Source of the DNA: Minisyncoccia bacterium
Lineage (GTDB): Bacteria; Patescibacteriota; Minisyncoccia; UBA6257; JAAZHW01
Length of the DNA: 64,000 nucleotides
Assembly: GCA_041550235.1 (NCBI GenBank)
Contig: JBFEPE010000003.1
Span: 1,199 to 65,198 of the forward strand
Reading direction: 5' to 3'
The notes beneath the pieces are model-generated. The model searched no databases, was not told the DNA's origin, and saw nothing but the letters and a program-made list of their open reading frames with translations. The position numbers and the translations under genes were made by a program. Shown in pieces: positions 20,599 through 29,794 of the stretch (the stretch's first letter is position 1; each line of letters starts with the position of its first letter).

Positions 20599-20751
20599 CT
20601 CTATACCCCCCCCGCCCTTGGCGGGGGGGGTATAGAGAAGGATTAATTTAAAATATCTATATGGCGGTTTGATTGGTTAAGTTTAATTAAAAATAGATAA
20701 AAATAATAAAATATGCCTGCATCTCTCCCCCGCCGAAGGCGGGGGAGAGAT
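20599..20751. repeat. Two GC palindromes (20599-20635 'ctctatacccccccgcccttggcgggggggtatagag'; 20721-20751 'atctctcccccgccgaaggcgggggagagat') separated by an AT-rich spacer
   Basis: Perfect inverted repeats. Confidence 0.8.
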
Positions 20752-20796
20752 ATACTAGTTTAATTAATAATAGATAAAAAAATAATAAACAAAAAT

Positions 20797-21321
20797 ATGG
20801 CAACAAGACATCTTTGTAGATCAATTATTTTACAATCCCTTTATGAATGGGACTTTTACAATAATTTTTATGCTCAGAAAAAAATGGGTGATGTTAATTT
20901 AATAGATGTTTTAGACAGGCATTTAGGTGATTGCGGAGAGATGATTGATGAACCAGACTTTGCCTACCGCATCGTTAAGAATTTAGTAGATCATTTAGAA
21001 GAGGTTGATGATTTGATAAAAAAGGCGGCTCCCACTTGGCCATTTGATCAAATAAATATTGTTGATAGGAATATTTTAAGATTAGGAATTTCAGAACTTG
21101 TTTTTGGTAATCCCGAGGAGGTACCATTTAAGGTAGCAGTCAATGAAGCAGTTGAGTTGGCAAAAACATTTGGAGGAGATTCATCCGCCCGATTTATAAA
21201 TGGAGTTTTAGGAACGATATATGACCAGTTAGCAGAGGCAAGACCTGAAGTAAAGAAGCAAGAGGTAGAATTTTTGGAAGAAAAGAAAAAGAGAAAAGAA
21301 GCAGAGAAAGATGACAAATAA
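20797..21321 (+). CDS. nusB: Transcription antitermination factor NusB
   Basis: '[19 protein letters not shown]', '[14 protein letters not shown]', '[24 protein letters not shown]'. Confidence 0.85.
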   Translation: MATRHLCRSIILQSLYEWDFYNNFYAQKKMGDVNLIDVLDRHLGDCGEMIDEPDFAYRIVKNLVDHLEEVDDLIKKAAPTWPFDQINIVDRNILRLGISELVFGNPEEVPFKVAVNEAVELAKTFGGDSSARFINGVLGTIYDQLAEARPEVKKQEVEFLEEKKKRKEAEKDDK

Positions 21322-21421
21322 CTTTTTTGAGACATAACAAAATAGACTCTTTTTGGAGTTATTTTTTATTTAGTAAGACTGATTTTGGAATTAAGTTAAT
21401 AATGTTATAAGATGATATTGT

Positions 21422-22048
21422 ATGATAAAGAAGGGGTTGAAAATAAATTGGTTGGTGCTTGCTTTGGCGATAATATCTCTTATTGGTCTTATTTCAATTT
21501 CTAAATATTCAGATACAAAATATTTTCAAGGCAAGAGAGTCGCCATATTAGGCGATAGCATCACATCAGCAGAGGAAGTTTTGGTAGGTCAGAAATTTGC
21601 GAGTTTAATAGAAAAAGATTTAGGGGTAAATGTTTTTAATTTTGGAAAGAGAGGGGATACAACAAGCGATGCTCTAAGTAGGTTGAAGGATGTTGCCGAT
21701 ATTTATCCTGATGTTGTGGTGATAATATTAGGGGGAAATGACATAATAGAAGATATTCCCATCAATGAGACAAAAGAAAATTTAGAAAAAATAGTGGAAT
21801 TTTTTAAAGAAAAAGAAATGTCAATTATTATTTGTGGATTAAATAGTCAATATTTTTTTAATTATGAAAAAATGTTTAGCGGGATTGCTATCAAAAAATC
21901 AGTAAGTGCATTTGTTCCCGGATTATTAAATGATATTTTAGTAAATGTTAATTTAGCACCTGATGTCGTCCATCCAAATGGAGATGGGCATATTATTATC
22001 GCTAATCGTCTTCTGCCCCATATAAGAAAAGTGCTATTATTGGAATAA
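21422..22048 (+). CDS. SGNH/GDSL-family hydrolase (lipoprotein-like N-terminus)
   Basis: 'RVAILGDSITS' block I, 'ILGGNDI' block III, 'DVVHPNGDGH' block V. Confidence 0.75.
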   Translation: MIKKGLKINWLVLALAIISLIGLISISKYSDTKYFQGKRVAILGDSITSAEEVLVGQKFASLIEKDLGVNVFNFGKRGDTTSDALSRLKDVADIYPDVVVIILGGNDIIEDIPINETKENLEKIVEFFKEKEMSIIICGLNSQYFFNYEKMFSGIAIKKSVSAFVPGLLNDILVNVNLAPDVVHPNGDGHIIIANRLLPHIRKVLLLE

Positions 22049-22085
22049 TTTTTTATAGAGGGTATAATATAATAAAGTATTATGA

Positions 22086-22230
22086 ATCACCCCCCCCCGC
22101 CTACGGCGGGGGGGGGTGATAGAGTGGTTGGTGTTGTAATAATTTTTGAATGATGGATAAATTGCTAATCACCCCCCGCCTACGGCGGGGGGGGTGATAG
22201 AGTGGTTGGTGTTGTAATAATTTTTGAATA
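22086..22230. repeat. Tandem ~65-bp direct repeat (two copies), each containing a 14-bp-stem GC hairpin plus 'gatagagtggttggtgttgtaataatttttgaat'
   Basis: Copy 1 at about 22086-22151 and copy 2 at about 22169-22230, 17 bp apart, directly upstream of the pilin-like gene. Confidence 0.8.
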
Positions 22231-22237
22231 ACAAAAA

Positions 22238-23845
22238 TTGCTTTATAGAATAATTATGTTTAGTTTGAATAAAAAATATATAAAAGGGGTAACACTATTA
22301 GAAACACTGATATATGTTGCTATTTTTGCTGTTGTCGCTGGTGGATTGATAGGAATCTTGTCAGGCACAATAGATGTTGTAAGCAAAGAAGATGCCATAA
22401 ACGAAGTTGATGAGAACTTAAGGCAGGCGATTTCCACAATAGGCAATAGAATAAGAAATACCGATATAATTCAAAGTGCAACAGGCACAACATTAGTTTT
22501 AAGAATGGCGACAACAAGTCCTGGTGGGTTTTCTACTACAACATTTTCTGTTTCCAACGAGATGTTATATTTAACAGAGGGGGATAATGATCCAGTCGCA
22601 GTTATTTCTGATAAGGTAAAAGTTGATAGTTTGGAATTTACAAAAATTTCAATGCCGGGGGCAAAGGGCGGAGTAAGAATAAATATGGTGCTGAGTTATA
22701 ATAGCGATAAGGCATCGCTTTCATTTAGTAAATCTATTCTTTCTACTATCAATAGAGCGGTTGCAATTACATTCAATGAGGATGTTCTGCCGGGAGTAGA
22801 TAACTCATACAATATTGGCTCGTCCGGTAATTTCAGATGGAGGGATGGATATTTTTCTGGTGGATTGAGTGTTGATGGTGGGGTAACATCATCCCAATTT
22901 TGTTTATCTGATGGTTGTCAGACATCATGGGCTGGATTAGGATTATGGACAGCAAATGGCGATGATATTTATTATAATACTGGCAATGTAGGCATTGGAA
23001 CAACAACTCCTGATTTTTTACTTCACTTAGAAAAGGCGACATCCAATCCTGCCATTGTATGGGAAAGAGGAGATGGGGCGACTGGATTTGTAAATTCTAC
23101 TGCCAGTAATGTGGGCCTTGGTTCTGTTTCCAATCACGAGATTAGATTTTTAGTTGGGGCAAGTCCAAAAATGGTTATTGATACGGATGGTAATCTCGGA
23201 ATTGGAACGACTACTCCCGCATCTTTATTGAATTTATATGGTTCAGGGGGTGGTGGTAGCGGAATTATTTTTGGAAATAGTTATGATGATTTTTCTGGAT
23301 ATTTTGTTAATAATGATGACGATAGTGATTTTAGATTAACTTATTTGGGGTCAGGAGGATCGGACATAACTATTCAGGCAGATGGGGATGTTATTTTGGG
23401 GGCGGGTGGCAATGTTGGTATTGGTGATACTACTCCCAGTGAAAAGTTGGATGTGGCAGGGAATATTGGTTTAACCGGAACGGTTATCCCTGATAATGCT
23501 TGTGGTATTACTGGGGGAGTTTTCATTTATGATGCGGGTGGTGTATCCAGTGGTTTAAATTTATCTTCTGTTTATGGATATTCAATGATTTGTCCAGGGA
23601 TTGTTACCGGCATTTCGGCTAGATGTCAAACAGTAGATGCCTCTAACCATGTTGCTTTTGAAGTAAAGAAAAATAATTCTTCTCAAGATTGTGATACATT
23701 AGAAGTAGATACGGCCTATATTAGCGAAATAACATCTGGATGCAGTGTGAGTTTTTCAGCCGGAGATGCTATTAATTGTGCCGCTAAAACTGTAACAGGC
23801 ACAGTATCAACATGTAATTGTTCAATTTCAGTAAGATTTGATTAG
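22238..23845 (+). CDS. Large type IV pilin-like protein with tail-fibre-like Gly-rich repeats
   Basis: N-terminal prepilin signal 'KG|VTLLETLIYVAIFAVVAGGL' with Glu at +5; three repeats of 'GN(V/L)GIG(T/D)TTP...L'; Gly/Ser/Thr-rich C-terminus. Confidence 0.6.
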   Translation: MLYRIIMFSLNKKYIKGVTLLETLIYVAIFAVVAGGLIGILSGTIDVVSKEDAINEVDENLRQAISTIGNRIRNTDIIQSATGTTLVLRMATTSPGGFSTTTFSVSNEMLYLTEGDNDPVAVISDKVKVDSLEFTKISMPGAKGGVRINMVLSYNSDKASLSFSKSILSTINRAVAITFNEDVLPGVDNSYNIGSSGNFRWRDGYFSGGLSVDGGVTSSQFCLSDGCQTSWAGLGLWTANGDDIYYNTGNVGIGTTTPDFLLHLEKATSNPAIVWERGDGATGFVNSTASNVGLGSVSNHEIRFLVGASPKMVIDTDGNLGIGTTTPASLLNLYGSGGGGSGIIFGNSYDDFSGYFVNNDDDSDFRLTYLGSGGSDITIQADGDVILGAGGNVGIGDTTPSEKLDVAGNIGLTGTVIPDNACGITGGVFIYDAGGVSSGLNLSSVYGYSMICPGIVTGISARCQTVDASNHVAFEVKKNNSSQDCDTLEVDTAYISEITSGCSVSFSAGDAINCAAKTVTGTVSTCNCSISVRFD

Positions 23846-23864
23846 GGGTTGAAAAAAGAATTTT

Positions 23865-25331
23865 ATGATAATAAAAACAAGAAAAAAAATATTTTGGGTA
23901 TTATTTGCCTCATTTATATTGGTGGGTGGTTTTTTGGTAATGCATTCATTTGGGTATCGATTAAATGCCAAAGAATTAGAATTTGTTCAAACAGGTGGTC
24001 TTTATTTAGAGACAACACCAAGAATAACGGATATATATTTGGATGGGGAAATAATAAAAGAAAAGTCTGGATTTTTAAATAGCGGAATATTTTTATCAGG
24101 ATTAATTCCAAAAAACTATGAAATAAATATATCAAAAGATAAATATTTTCTTTGGAAAAAGAATTTAGAAATAAAACCAAGTTTAGTGAGTGGTTTAAGT
24201 CATGTAGTGATTCTACCCAAAGAAGTAAATAAAGATCTATTTTATGAGGCGGGCGATAATGAAAAAATTTTTGACTTTATTAAATTAAATAATGATTTAT
24301 TTGGATTGGAAATTATATCAAAAGAAAATGGTCTTTCTTGGCAGATATTAAAAATTATTGATTCAAATGGCGAGCAACAAGAATTATTCAGGAAAAGATT
24401 TTTTAGTTCAAAGCAGATGGGATTATTAAAGAATCTGTCTTTTAATAATAATAATTCTCAAGTAATAATTTCTTTAACTGATTTAGGAAAAAATAAATTC
24501 TATATTTGGAGCAAAAGCGATTCGGAAGATTTGATTTATTTCAACGATGTTTTAGTAAAGTATTTTCCTTCAGAAATAAAGAAGATAGATTTTCATCCAT
24601 TTAATAAAGGTCAATTTATTATTCAATCAGAAAATCGATTAGCGATTTTTGATTTAAATAAAAAAGAAGTTTCTTATCTTTCGGCCGAAAAATTAGTTGA
24701 TGCAAAAATTTCTAATTCTCATATTTTTTGGGTAGAAAATTTAGGATTAGTTTATTCATATAATTTAATATCAAAAAACACCTCGTTTTTAGGAGAAATA
24801 GAGGAGGGAAATTTAGAGGGAAGGATAAGCATTTTAAATTCTTCCAATTCGCAGTATTTAGCAATGCTTTTGAATGATGGAATGCTTGTTTTGTTCTCTG
24901 ATGACAAGGTCAAATTTATTAGCGATAGAGTTATTGATTTTAAGTTTTCTCCTGATAATAAAAAGTTGGCATATATGATGGAGGGGGTAGATGGAAAAAT
25001 AGATTTATTAGTTTATTTCTTAAAAGAAATCACATCTGATATTGAGAAGGAGCCCGGCGATGAGTCTGTTTTTAATCTGAATTATTTAAAAAATGATGAT
25101 TTGAGATTTGTTTGGTTTGATGATTCTTATCATTTGATTTTTGCCAATTCCGATGGACTCACCCAATTTTTAGAAATTGATGATAGGGATAATGTCAATA
25201 TCTTTAATTATCAGTTTGAAAGTGGAGGTTTTGTTTTGAACGGCGACGGAGATATATTCAGGGTCAATGCTGATTTAGTGGAGGATATTAATTTATTAGT
25301 GCCGAATATAGACAAAGATGTTGATGAATAA
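23865..25331 (+). CDS. Membrane-anchored PEGA-like domain protein, probably followed by a beta-propeller-like region
   Basis: N-terminal TM; 'LETTPRITDIYLDGEIIKEKSGFLNSGIFLSGLIPKNYEINISKDKYFLWKKNLEIKP' resembles a PEGA domain; lies between the pilin and pilB genes. Confidence 0.45.
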   Translation: MIIKTRKKIFWVLFASFILVGGFLVMHSFGYRLNAKELEFVQTGGLYLETTPRITDIYLDGEIIKEKSGFLNSGIFLSGLIPKNYEINISKDKYFLWKKNLEIKPSLVSGLSHVVILPKEVNKDLFYEAGDNEKIFDFIKLNNDLFGLEIISKENGLSWQILKIIDSNGEQQELFRKRFFSSKQMGLLKNLSFNNNNSQVIISLTDLGKNKFYIWSKSDSEDLIYFNDVLVKYFPSEIKKIDFHPFNKGQFIIQSENRLAIFDLNKKEVSYLSAEKLVDAKISNSHIFWVENLGLVYSYNLISKNTSFLGEIEEGNLEGRISILNSSNSQYLAMLLNDGMLVLFSDDKVKFISDRVIDFKFSPDNKKLAYMMEGVDGKIDLLVYFLKEITSDIEKEPGDESVFNLNYLKNDDLRFVWFDDSYHLIFANSDGLTQFLEIDDRDNVNIFNYQFESGGFVLNGDGDIFRVNADLVEDINLLVPNIDKDVDE

Positions 25332-25342
25332 AAATAATCACT

Positions 25343-27040
25343 ATGATTCAATTTGGAGAAGATAATAATAAAAAAAAAGAAATCAGCAAGCAATTGACAG
25401 ATATATCATTAGCCGCTCAGGAAAGAGAGGCGATGAGTTTGTCTAAAAAACTCGGCTTAGAATACCAAAATTTAACAACTGTTCCACCCCAAACTCAAGC
25501 AATTAAGTTATTAACAGAAGAAGAGGCAAGGGCTGCTTTGTGTGTCGCCTTTATTTTAAAAGGAAAAATTGTCGGATTAGCATGTAATAACCCTCAAATT
25601 TTAAATGCAAGAAAAGTGATAGAAAGACTGAAAAATATGGGGCATCAAGTGAAAATATTTATCGTTTCAAAAAATTCTTTATTAGAAGCATGGAAAAGTT
25701 ATAAATTAATAGGAGCGGACCAGAAAAAAATAACAGGAAAAATAGATGTATCAGAAAAAACAATTGAGGATCTTAGAAAAAAAATATCAAATTTAAAAGA
25801 TTTAAAAAAAGAGGTTTCTGAATTTAGTAGTCCTTTTGCATCACAACTTTTAGAAATTCTTTTGGCGGGAGCATTGATAATTGATGCTTCTGATATTCAT
25901 ATGGAAGCCGGGGAAACAATTTCTAAAATAAGATATAGGATTGATGGGGCATTGCATGATATTTCAGATGTTTCTCCAAAACTATATAATCCAGTTGTTT
26001 CAAGGGTTAAGCTTTTGGGTGGAATGAAAATAAATGTGAAGTCAGAAGCACAAGATGGAAGATTTACTATAAGGGCAGAGGGAATGAATATTGAAATTAG
26101 GGTGTCTATAATTCCAAGTTCTTATGGGGAAACCGTTGTGATGAGGGTTTTGAATCCCAAGAGCATTAAATTGGAATTAGAAAGTTTGGGCTTTAGGCCT
26201 GACGACTTAGAAATAATCAATAATCAAATTTCTCGCCCAAATGGAATTATTCTAAACACTGGCCCGACTGGGTCGGGTAAGACGACTACACTTTATGCTT
26301 TTTTAAGAAGAATATATCGTCCTGAAATAAAAATTATCACAGTTGAAGACCCTGTTGAATACCATCTTGAAGGAATTACTCAAACTCAAGTAAGCAAAGA
26401 CAAAGATTATACTTTTGCTAATGGACTTAGATCTATTTTGAGGCAAGATCCCGATGTTATTTTAGTAGGAGAAATTAGAGATGGGGAAACAGCGAGCATC
26501 GCAATGCAAGCATCATTGACCGGTCATCTCGTTTTATCTACTCTTCATACAAATTCTGCAGCCGGTGCCTTACCTCGCCTCTTGGATTTAGATGTTGAGC
26601 CGGGTATTTTGTCATCAGCTCTTAATTTGGTTATCGCCCAGCGACTTGTCCGCCGACTTTGTAAATATTGTCGAAAAGAAATCCTTTTAAATGCTGACCA
26701 ATCAGAAAAGATAAAAAAGATAGTGAATGATTTGCCTTCTCGGGTCAAGAAGCCATCTCTTGATAATAGCATAAAGATTTTTGCCCCTAATGATGGCGGT
26801 TGTGAGAAATGTAATTTTATGGGATATAGAGGGAGGGTTGCGATTATTGAACTTTTGGAAATTGATAGGGATTTACAGCAGGCAGTAAGCAGAAGAGGAA
26901 AGGAGATGACTGTTTTAGAGTTTCGTGATTTGGCGGTTCAGCAGGGTATGGTTGAGATGTTGGGTGATGGTGTATTAAAGATTTTGAGTGGGATGACTAG
27001 TGTAAATGAGGTGGAATTTGCCCTCGGCAAATTTTTGTAA
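25343..27040 (+). CDS. pilB: Type IV pilus assembly ATPase PilB (GspE family)
   Basis: N-terminal GSPII_E_N-like domain, Walker A 'GPTGSGKTTTLYA', 'LSTLHTNSAAGALPRL', C-terminal tetracysteine 'CKYC...CEKC'. Confidence 0.85.
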   Translation: MIQFGEDNNKKKEISKQLTDISLAAQEREAMSLSKKLGLEYQNLTTVPPQTQAIKLLTEEEARAALCVAFILKGKIVGLACNNPQILNARKVIERLKNMGHQVKIFIVSKNSLLEAWKSYKLIGADQKKITGKIDVSEKTIEDLRKKISNLKDLKKEVSEFSSPFASQLLEILLAGALIIDASDIHMEAGETISKIRYRIDGALHDISDVSPKLYNPVVSRVKLLGGMKINVKSEAQDGRFTIRAEGMNIEIRVSIIPSSYGETVVMRVLNPKSIKLELESLGFRPDDLEIINNQISRPNGIILNTGPTGSGKTTTLYAFLRRIYRPEIKIITVEDPVEYHLEGITQTQVSKDKDYTFANGLRSILRQDPDVILVGEIRDGETASIAMQASLTGHLVLSTLHTNSAAGALPRLLDLDVEPGILSSALNLVIAQRLVRRLCKYCRKEILLNADQSEKIKKIVNDLPSRVKKPSLDNSIKIFAPNDGGCEKCNFMGYRGRVAIIELLEIDRDLQQAVSRRGKEMTVLEFRDLAVQQGMVEMLGDGVLKILSGMTSVNEVEFALGKFL

Positions 27041-27067
27041 AAAATATAATATAATTATAATATAAAT

Positions 27068-27487
27068 ATGATTGAATTTTCTAAAGAAAAATTGAATAGT
27101 ATTGCCGAGGAATATCAATTAGCAGATATATACTTTTTTGGTTCTCAAATAACCGGATTAACTCATCCCGAAAGTGATTTTGATGTAGCAGTTCGCTTTA
27201 GAAATGGCTTGCCTGAGAAAGAAAAAAGAGGAAAAATATATGCCAATCTTTTCGCTGATTTAAGCGGCACCTTGAAAATGTCTAATTTGGATTTAGTGTT
27301 CATAGAAGAAGCACCTTTGCATATTCAATTTCAAATTATCAATAAGGGTAAATTAGTTTATTCTCATCACAGAATAAATTCTTGTGATTTTCAAGAAAAA
27401 ATAGTAAATTATTATCGTGATTATAAGTATTTCATTGATGAGTTTTTTAAAGGCGTTTTAGAATCTTCCGTGAAAAATAAGAAATAA
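27068..27487 (+). CDS. Minimal nucleotidyltransferase (MNT-type antitoxin)
   Basis: 'FFGSQITGLTHPESDFDVAV' is the Pol-beta-type NTase motif. Confidence 0.75.
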   Translation: MIEFSKEKLNSIAEEYQLADIYFFGSQITGLTHPESDFDVAVRFRNGLPEKEKRGKIYANLFADLSGTLKMSNLDLVFIEEAPLHIQFQIINKGKLVYSHHRINSCDFQEKIVNYYRDYKYFIDEFFKGVLESSVKNKK

Positions 27488-27505
27488 TAAATAATTTTAT
27501 TTAAT

Positions 27506-27946
27506 ATGTTTAATGATTTTGACAAAGAAAAAATAATAGCAAGAATTGATGATATTAAAAATTCTCATTCAGAACTCAAAAGACTTTCAGGTATTAGCAT
27601 TGATGACTTTAGAAAAAACAAAGAAAATTATCCTTTGGCTATTTATTATTTAAGAATAGCATTAGAATCAGTGCTAACTATTGCCACTCATGTTCTTTCT
27701 CGATTGCCCTCTAATGGGAAAGAAAAAGATTATACTCAATTAATCTTATCATTGGCTGATTATAAGGTTATTCCTTATGAATTTGCTCAAAAAATAAAGG
27801 GGATGGCTGGATATAGAAATAGATTAGTTCATCTCTACTGGAAAATATCGGATGAGGAAGTATTGTCTATTATTAAGGAAAATATAAATGATTTTGAGGA
27901 ATTTATTGAATATGTAAATGAATTTTTAAGAAAGAACAGCAACTAA
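27506..27946 (+). CDS. HEPN-domain protein (HepT/DUF86-type toxin)
   Basis: 'GYRNRLVHLYW' is the Rx4-6H HEPN motif; adjacent to the NTase. Confidence 0.75.
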   Translation: MFNDFDKEKIIARIDDIKNSHSELKRLSGISIDDFRKNKENYPLAIYYLRIALESVLTIATHVLSRLPSNGKEKDYTQLILSLADYKVIPYEFAQKIKGMAGYRNRLVHLYWKISDEEVLSIIKENINDFEEFIEYVNEFLRKNSN

Positions 27947-28026
27947 TATAAATTGCCAATTCAAATTTGACAAATTGATTTTTTGATGATTATATATTGA
28001 TAGGATACGAAAAAGGAGGTTTAAAA

Positions 28027-28539
28027 ATGAAGTTAAAAAATTTGATTTTAGCGATGGTATTGGTGGCAATCTTTCTCTCATCATCTTCGCTCTTTTGCCA
28101 AGAAGAGGAATTTATCATAGGATTTTTTGTTGGAGATGAACTCAATGATGTAGGGACTGATTTATCAGAAAAAATAGAGAGATGCATCAATAAAATTATA
28201 CAAGAGAGTGCTAATAAGAAAGGAGAAATCAATGATGATGCCGTTAATAATATCGTTGATAAGATTGTTAATCTGTTCGAAGAAATTTTTGGGTCAGGAG
28301 ACTTCACAAAAGGAGAATTATACAAATCTCTTTCCGAAGACTTAAGGAAAATTTACAAATTTGCCAAAGAATTTAAAAATAAAAATGGAGATGTAGGCGA
28401 AGAGGAGATTGGTGATTTTACTCAGTTAATAAATAACTTGAGACCCCTTTCGCCACTAGAAATAATCTTGATATTTTTTGTTTTGATTATTTGCTTTCTT
28501 GCTTTTATTTGTTTTATGTGCTTCCTCCTACTTAGATAA
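28027..28539 (+). CDS. Hypothetical protein with an N-terminal signal and a C-terminal TM
   Basis: RBS 'aaaggagg' 8 nt upstream of the internal Met; the ORF-track start at 27997 is less likely. Confidence 0.45.
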   Translation: MKLKNLILAMVLVAIFLSSSSLFCQEEEFIIGFFVGDELNDVGTDLSEKIERCINKIIQESANKKGEINDDAVNNIVDKIVNLFEEIFGSGDFTKGELYKSLSEDLRKIYKFAKEFKNKNGDVGEEEIGDFTQLINNLRPLSPLEIILIFFVLIICFLAFICFMCFLLLR

Positions 28540-28667
28540 CAAACTATTTGGTTGGTTAAGGATTGTATTGTCAAAAATATAATCCGCCAGCCATTTTTTA
28601 TTGATAGAAAAAATAGATTTTATGGAAAAAAAGTGATAGAATGGGAAGTGATAATTTAGATTAAGAC

Positions 28668-28704
28668 ATACCCCTCCCCCCGACTTCGTCGGGGGGAGGG
28701 GTAT
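28668..28704. repeat. GC palindrome 'atacccctccccccgacttcgtcggggggaggggtat'
   Basis: Perfect 16-bp-stem inverted repeat. Confidence 0.8.
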
Positions 28705-28745
28705 AAAAAATTATTTCATAATATAAATTAAAAATTAACAATAAC

Positions 28746-29684
28746 ATGGATAATAATAAAAAAATATATGATTTGATAATATTGGGGGCGGGACCTGCTG
28801 GGGTGGCTGCTGGAGTTTATGCTGGCAGAAAAAAAATAAATTCCGCAATTATCACAGATAGTTTTGGCGGACAGGCAGTCGTTGCAGCGAAAATTGATAA
28901 TATTCCCGGACACCCATTCTCAATATCAGGAGCACAAATGGCAAGCAATTTTAAGAGCCAATTAGAAAATAGCGGGACAGAAATAATATTAGATAGAATA
29001 TCATTAGTTGAGAAGAATGATGATAGATTTAATATAAAGGCAGAGAGTGGTAAAAATTATTTAACAAAAACAATATTAGTATGTTTGGGCAGTAAATATA
29101 AAGATTTGAAAATACCCGGGGAAGAGAAATTTAAGGGGAGGGGAATCGCCTACTGCTCAACTTGTGATGCTCCTTTGTTTTCCGGAAAAGATGTTGCTGT
29201 TGTGGGAGGAGGAAATACTGCTTTCAATAGTGCAATTGATTTATTGCCTTATGCTAATAAGATATATATTCTTATAAAAAATAATAAGCCAATAGCGGAT
29301 AAGGTTTCTGTTGAGGAAATAAAGAAAGAGGATAAGGTGGAAATAATTTTTGAAGCGGATGCGAAAGAGATTATTGGAGATGAATTAGTTTCGGGCATAA
29401 AGTACTTTGATAAAAAATATGACAAAGAGAAAGAGTTGGCGGTTGGTGGGGTTTTTGTAAATATTGGGATGGACCCCAAGACTGCTCCGATAAGTGATTT
29501 AGTTAAGATAAATGAGATGGGGCAAATTGAGACGATATCAGTTACAGGCAGAACATCTCAAGAAGGAATTTGGGCAGCTGGCGATATCACTGACCTTCCT
29601 TCAAATCAAATCATAACAGCAATGGGCGATGGAGTGAGAGCCGTCTTAGATATTTATGATTATTTAAGAAAGAGTAGTGATTAG
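28746..29684 (+). CDS. trxB: Thioredoxin reductase
   Basis: FAD motif 'ILGAGPAGVAAGVYAG', redox 'CSTCDA', NADPH 'VAVVGGGNTA'. Confidence 0.8.
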   Translation: MDNNKKIYDLIILGAGPAGVAAGVYAGRKKINSAIITDSFGGQAVVAAKIDNIPGHPFSISGAQMASNFKSQLENSGTEIILDRISLVEKNDDRFNIKAESGKNYLTKTILVCLGSKYKDLKIPGEEKFKGRGIAYCSTCDAPLFSGKDVAVVGGGNTAFNSAIDLLPYANKIYILIKNNKPIADKVSVEEIKKEDKVEIIFEADAKEIIGDELVSGIKYFDKKYDKEKELAVGGVFVNIGMDPKTAPISDLVKINEMGQIETISVTGRTSQEGIWAAGDITDLPSNQIITAMGDGVRAVLDIYDYLRKSSD

Positions 29685-29794
29685 TTTTTCAAAAGAAATG
29701 CTTCGTTCCATCTATGTTTAAATTGCGAAGCGATTTTTTATACGGCCGATATTAAATTTGTCAAAATTAAATAATAGTATTATTATATAGATAT

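Noticed and set aside
20143-20751. Integron attC sites or phage att sites at the GC palindromes
   Set aside because: The palindromes are perfect or near-perfect short hairpins without the R''-L''/L'-R' architecture or GTTRRRY cores. There is no integrase adjacent to them; the only recombinase, xerC, is 40 kb away.
23849-24082. 77-aa ORF overlapping the start of the PEGA-like gene
   Set aside because: An alternative frame of the same region. The 488-aa frame has the TM helix and continuous domain content.
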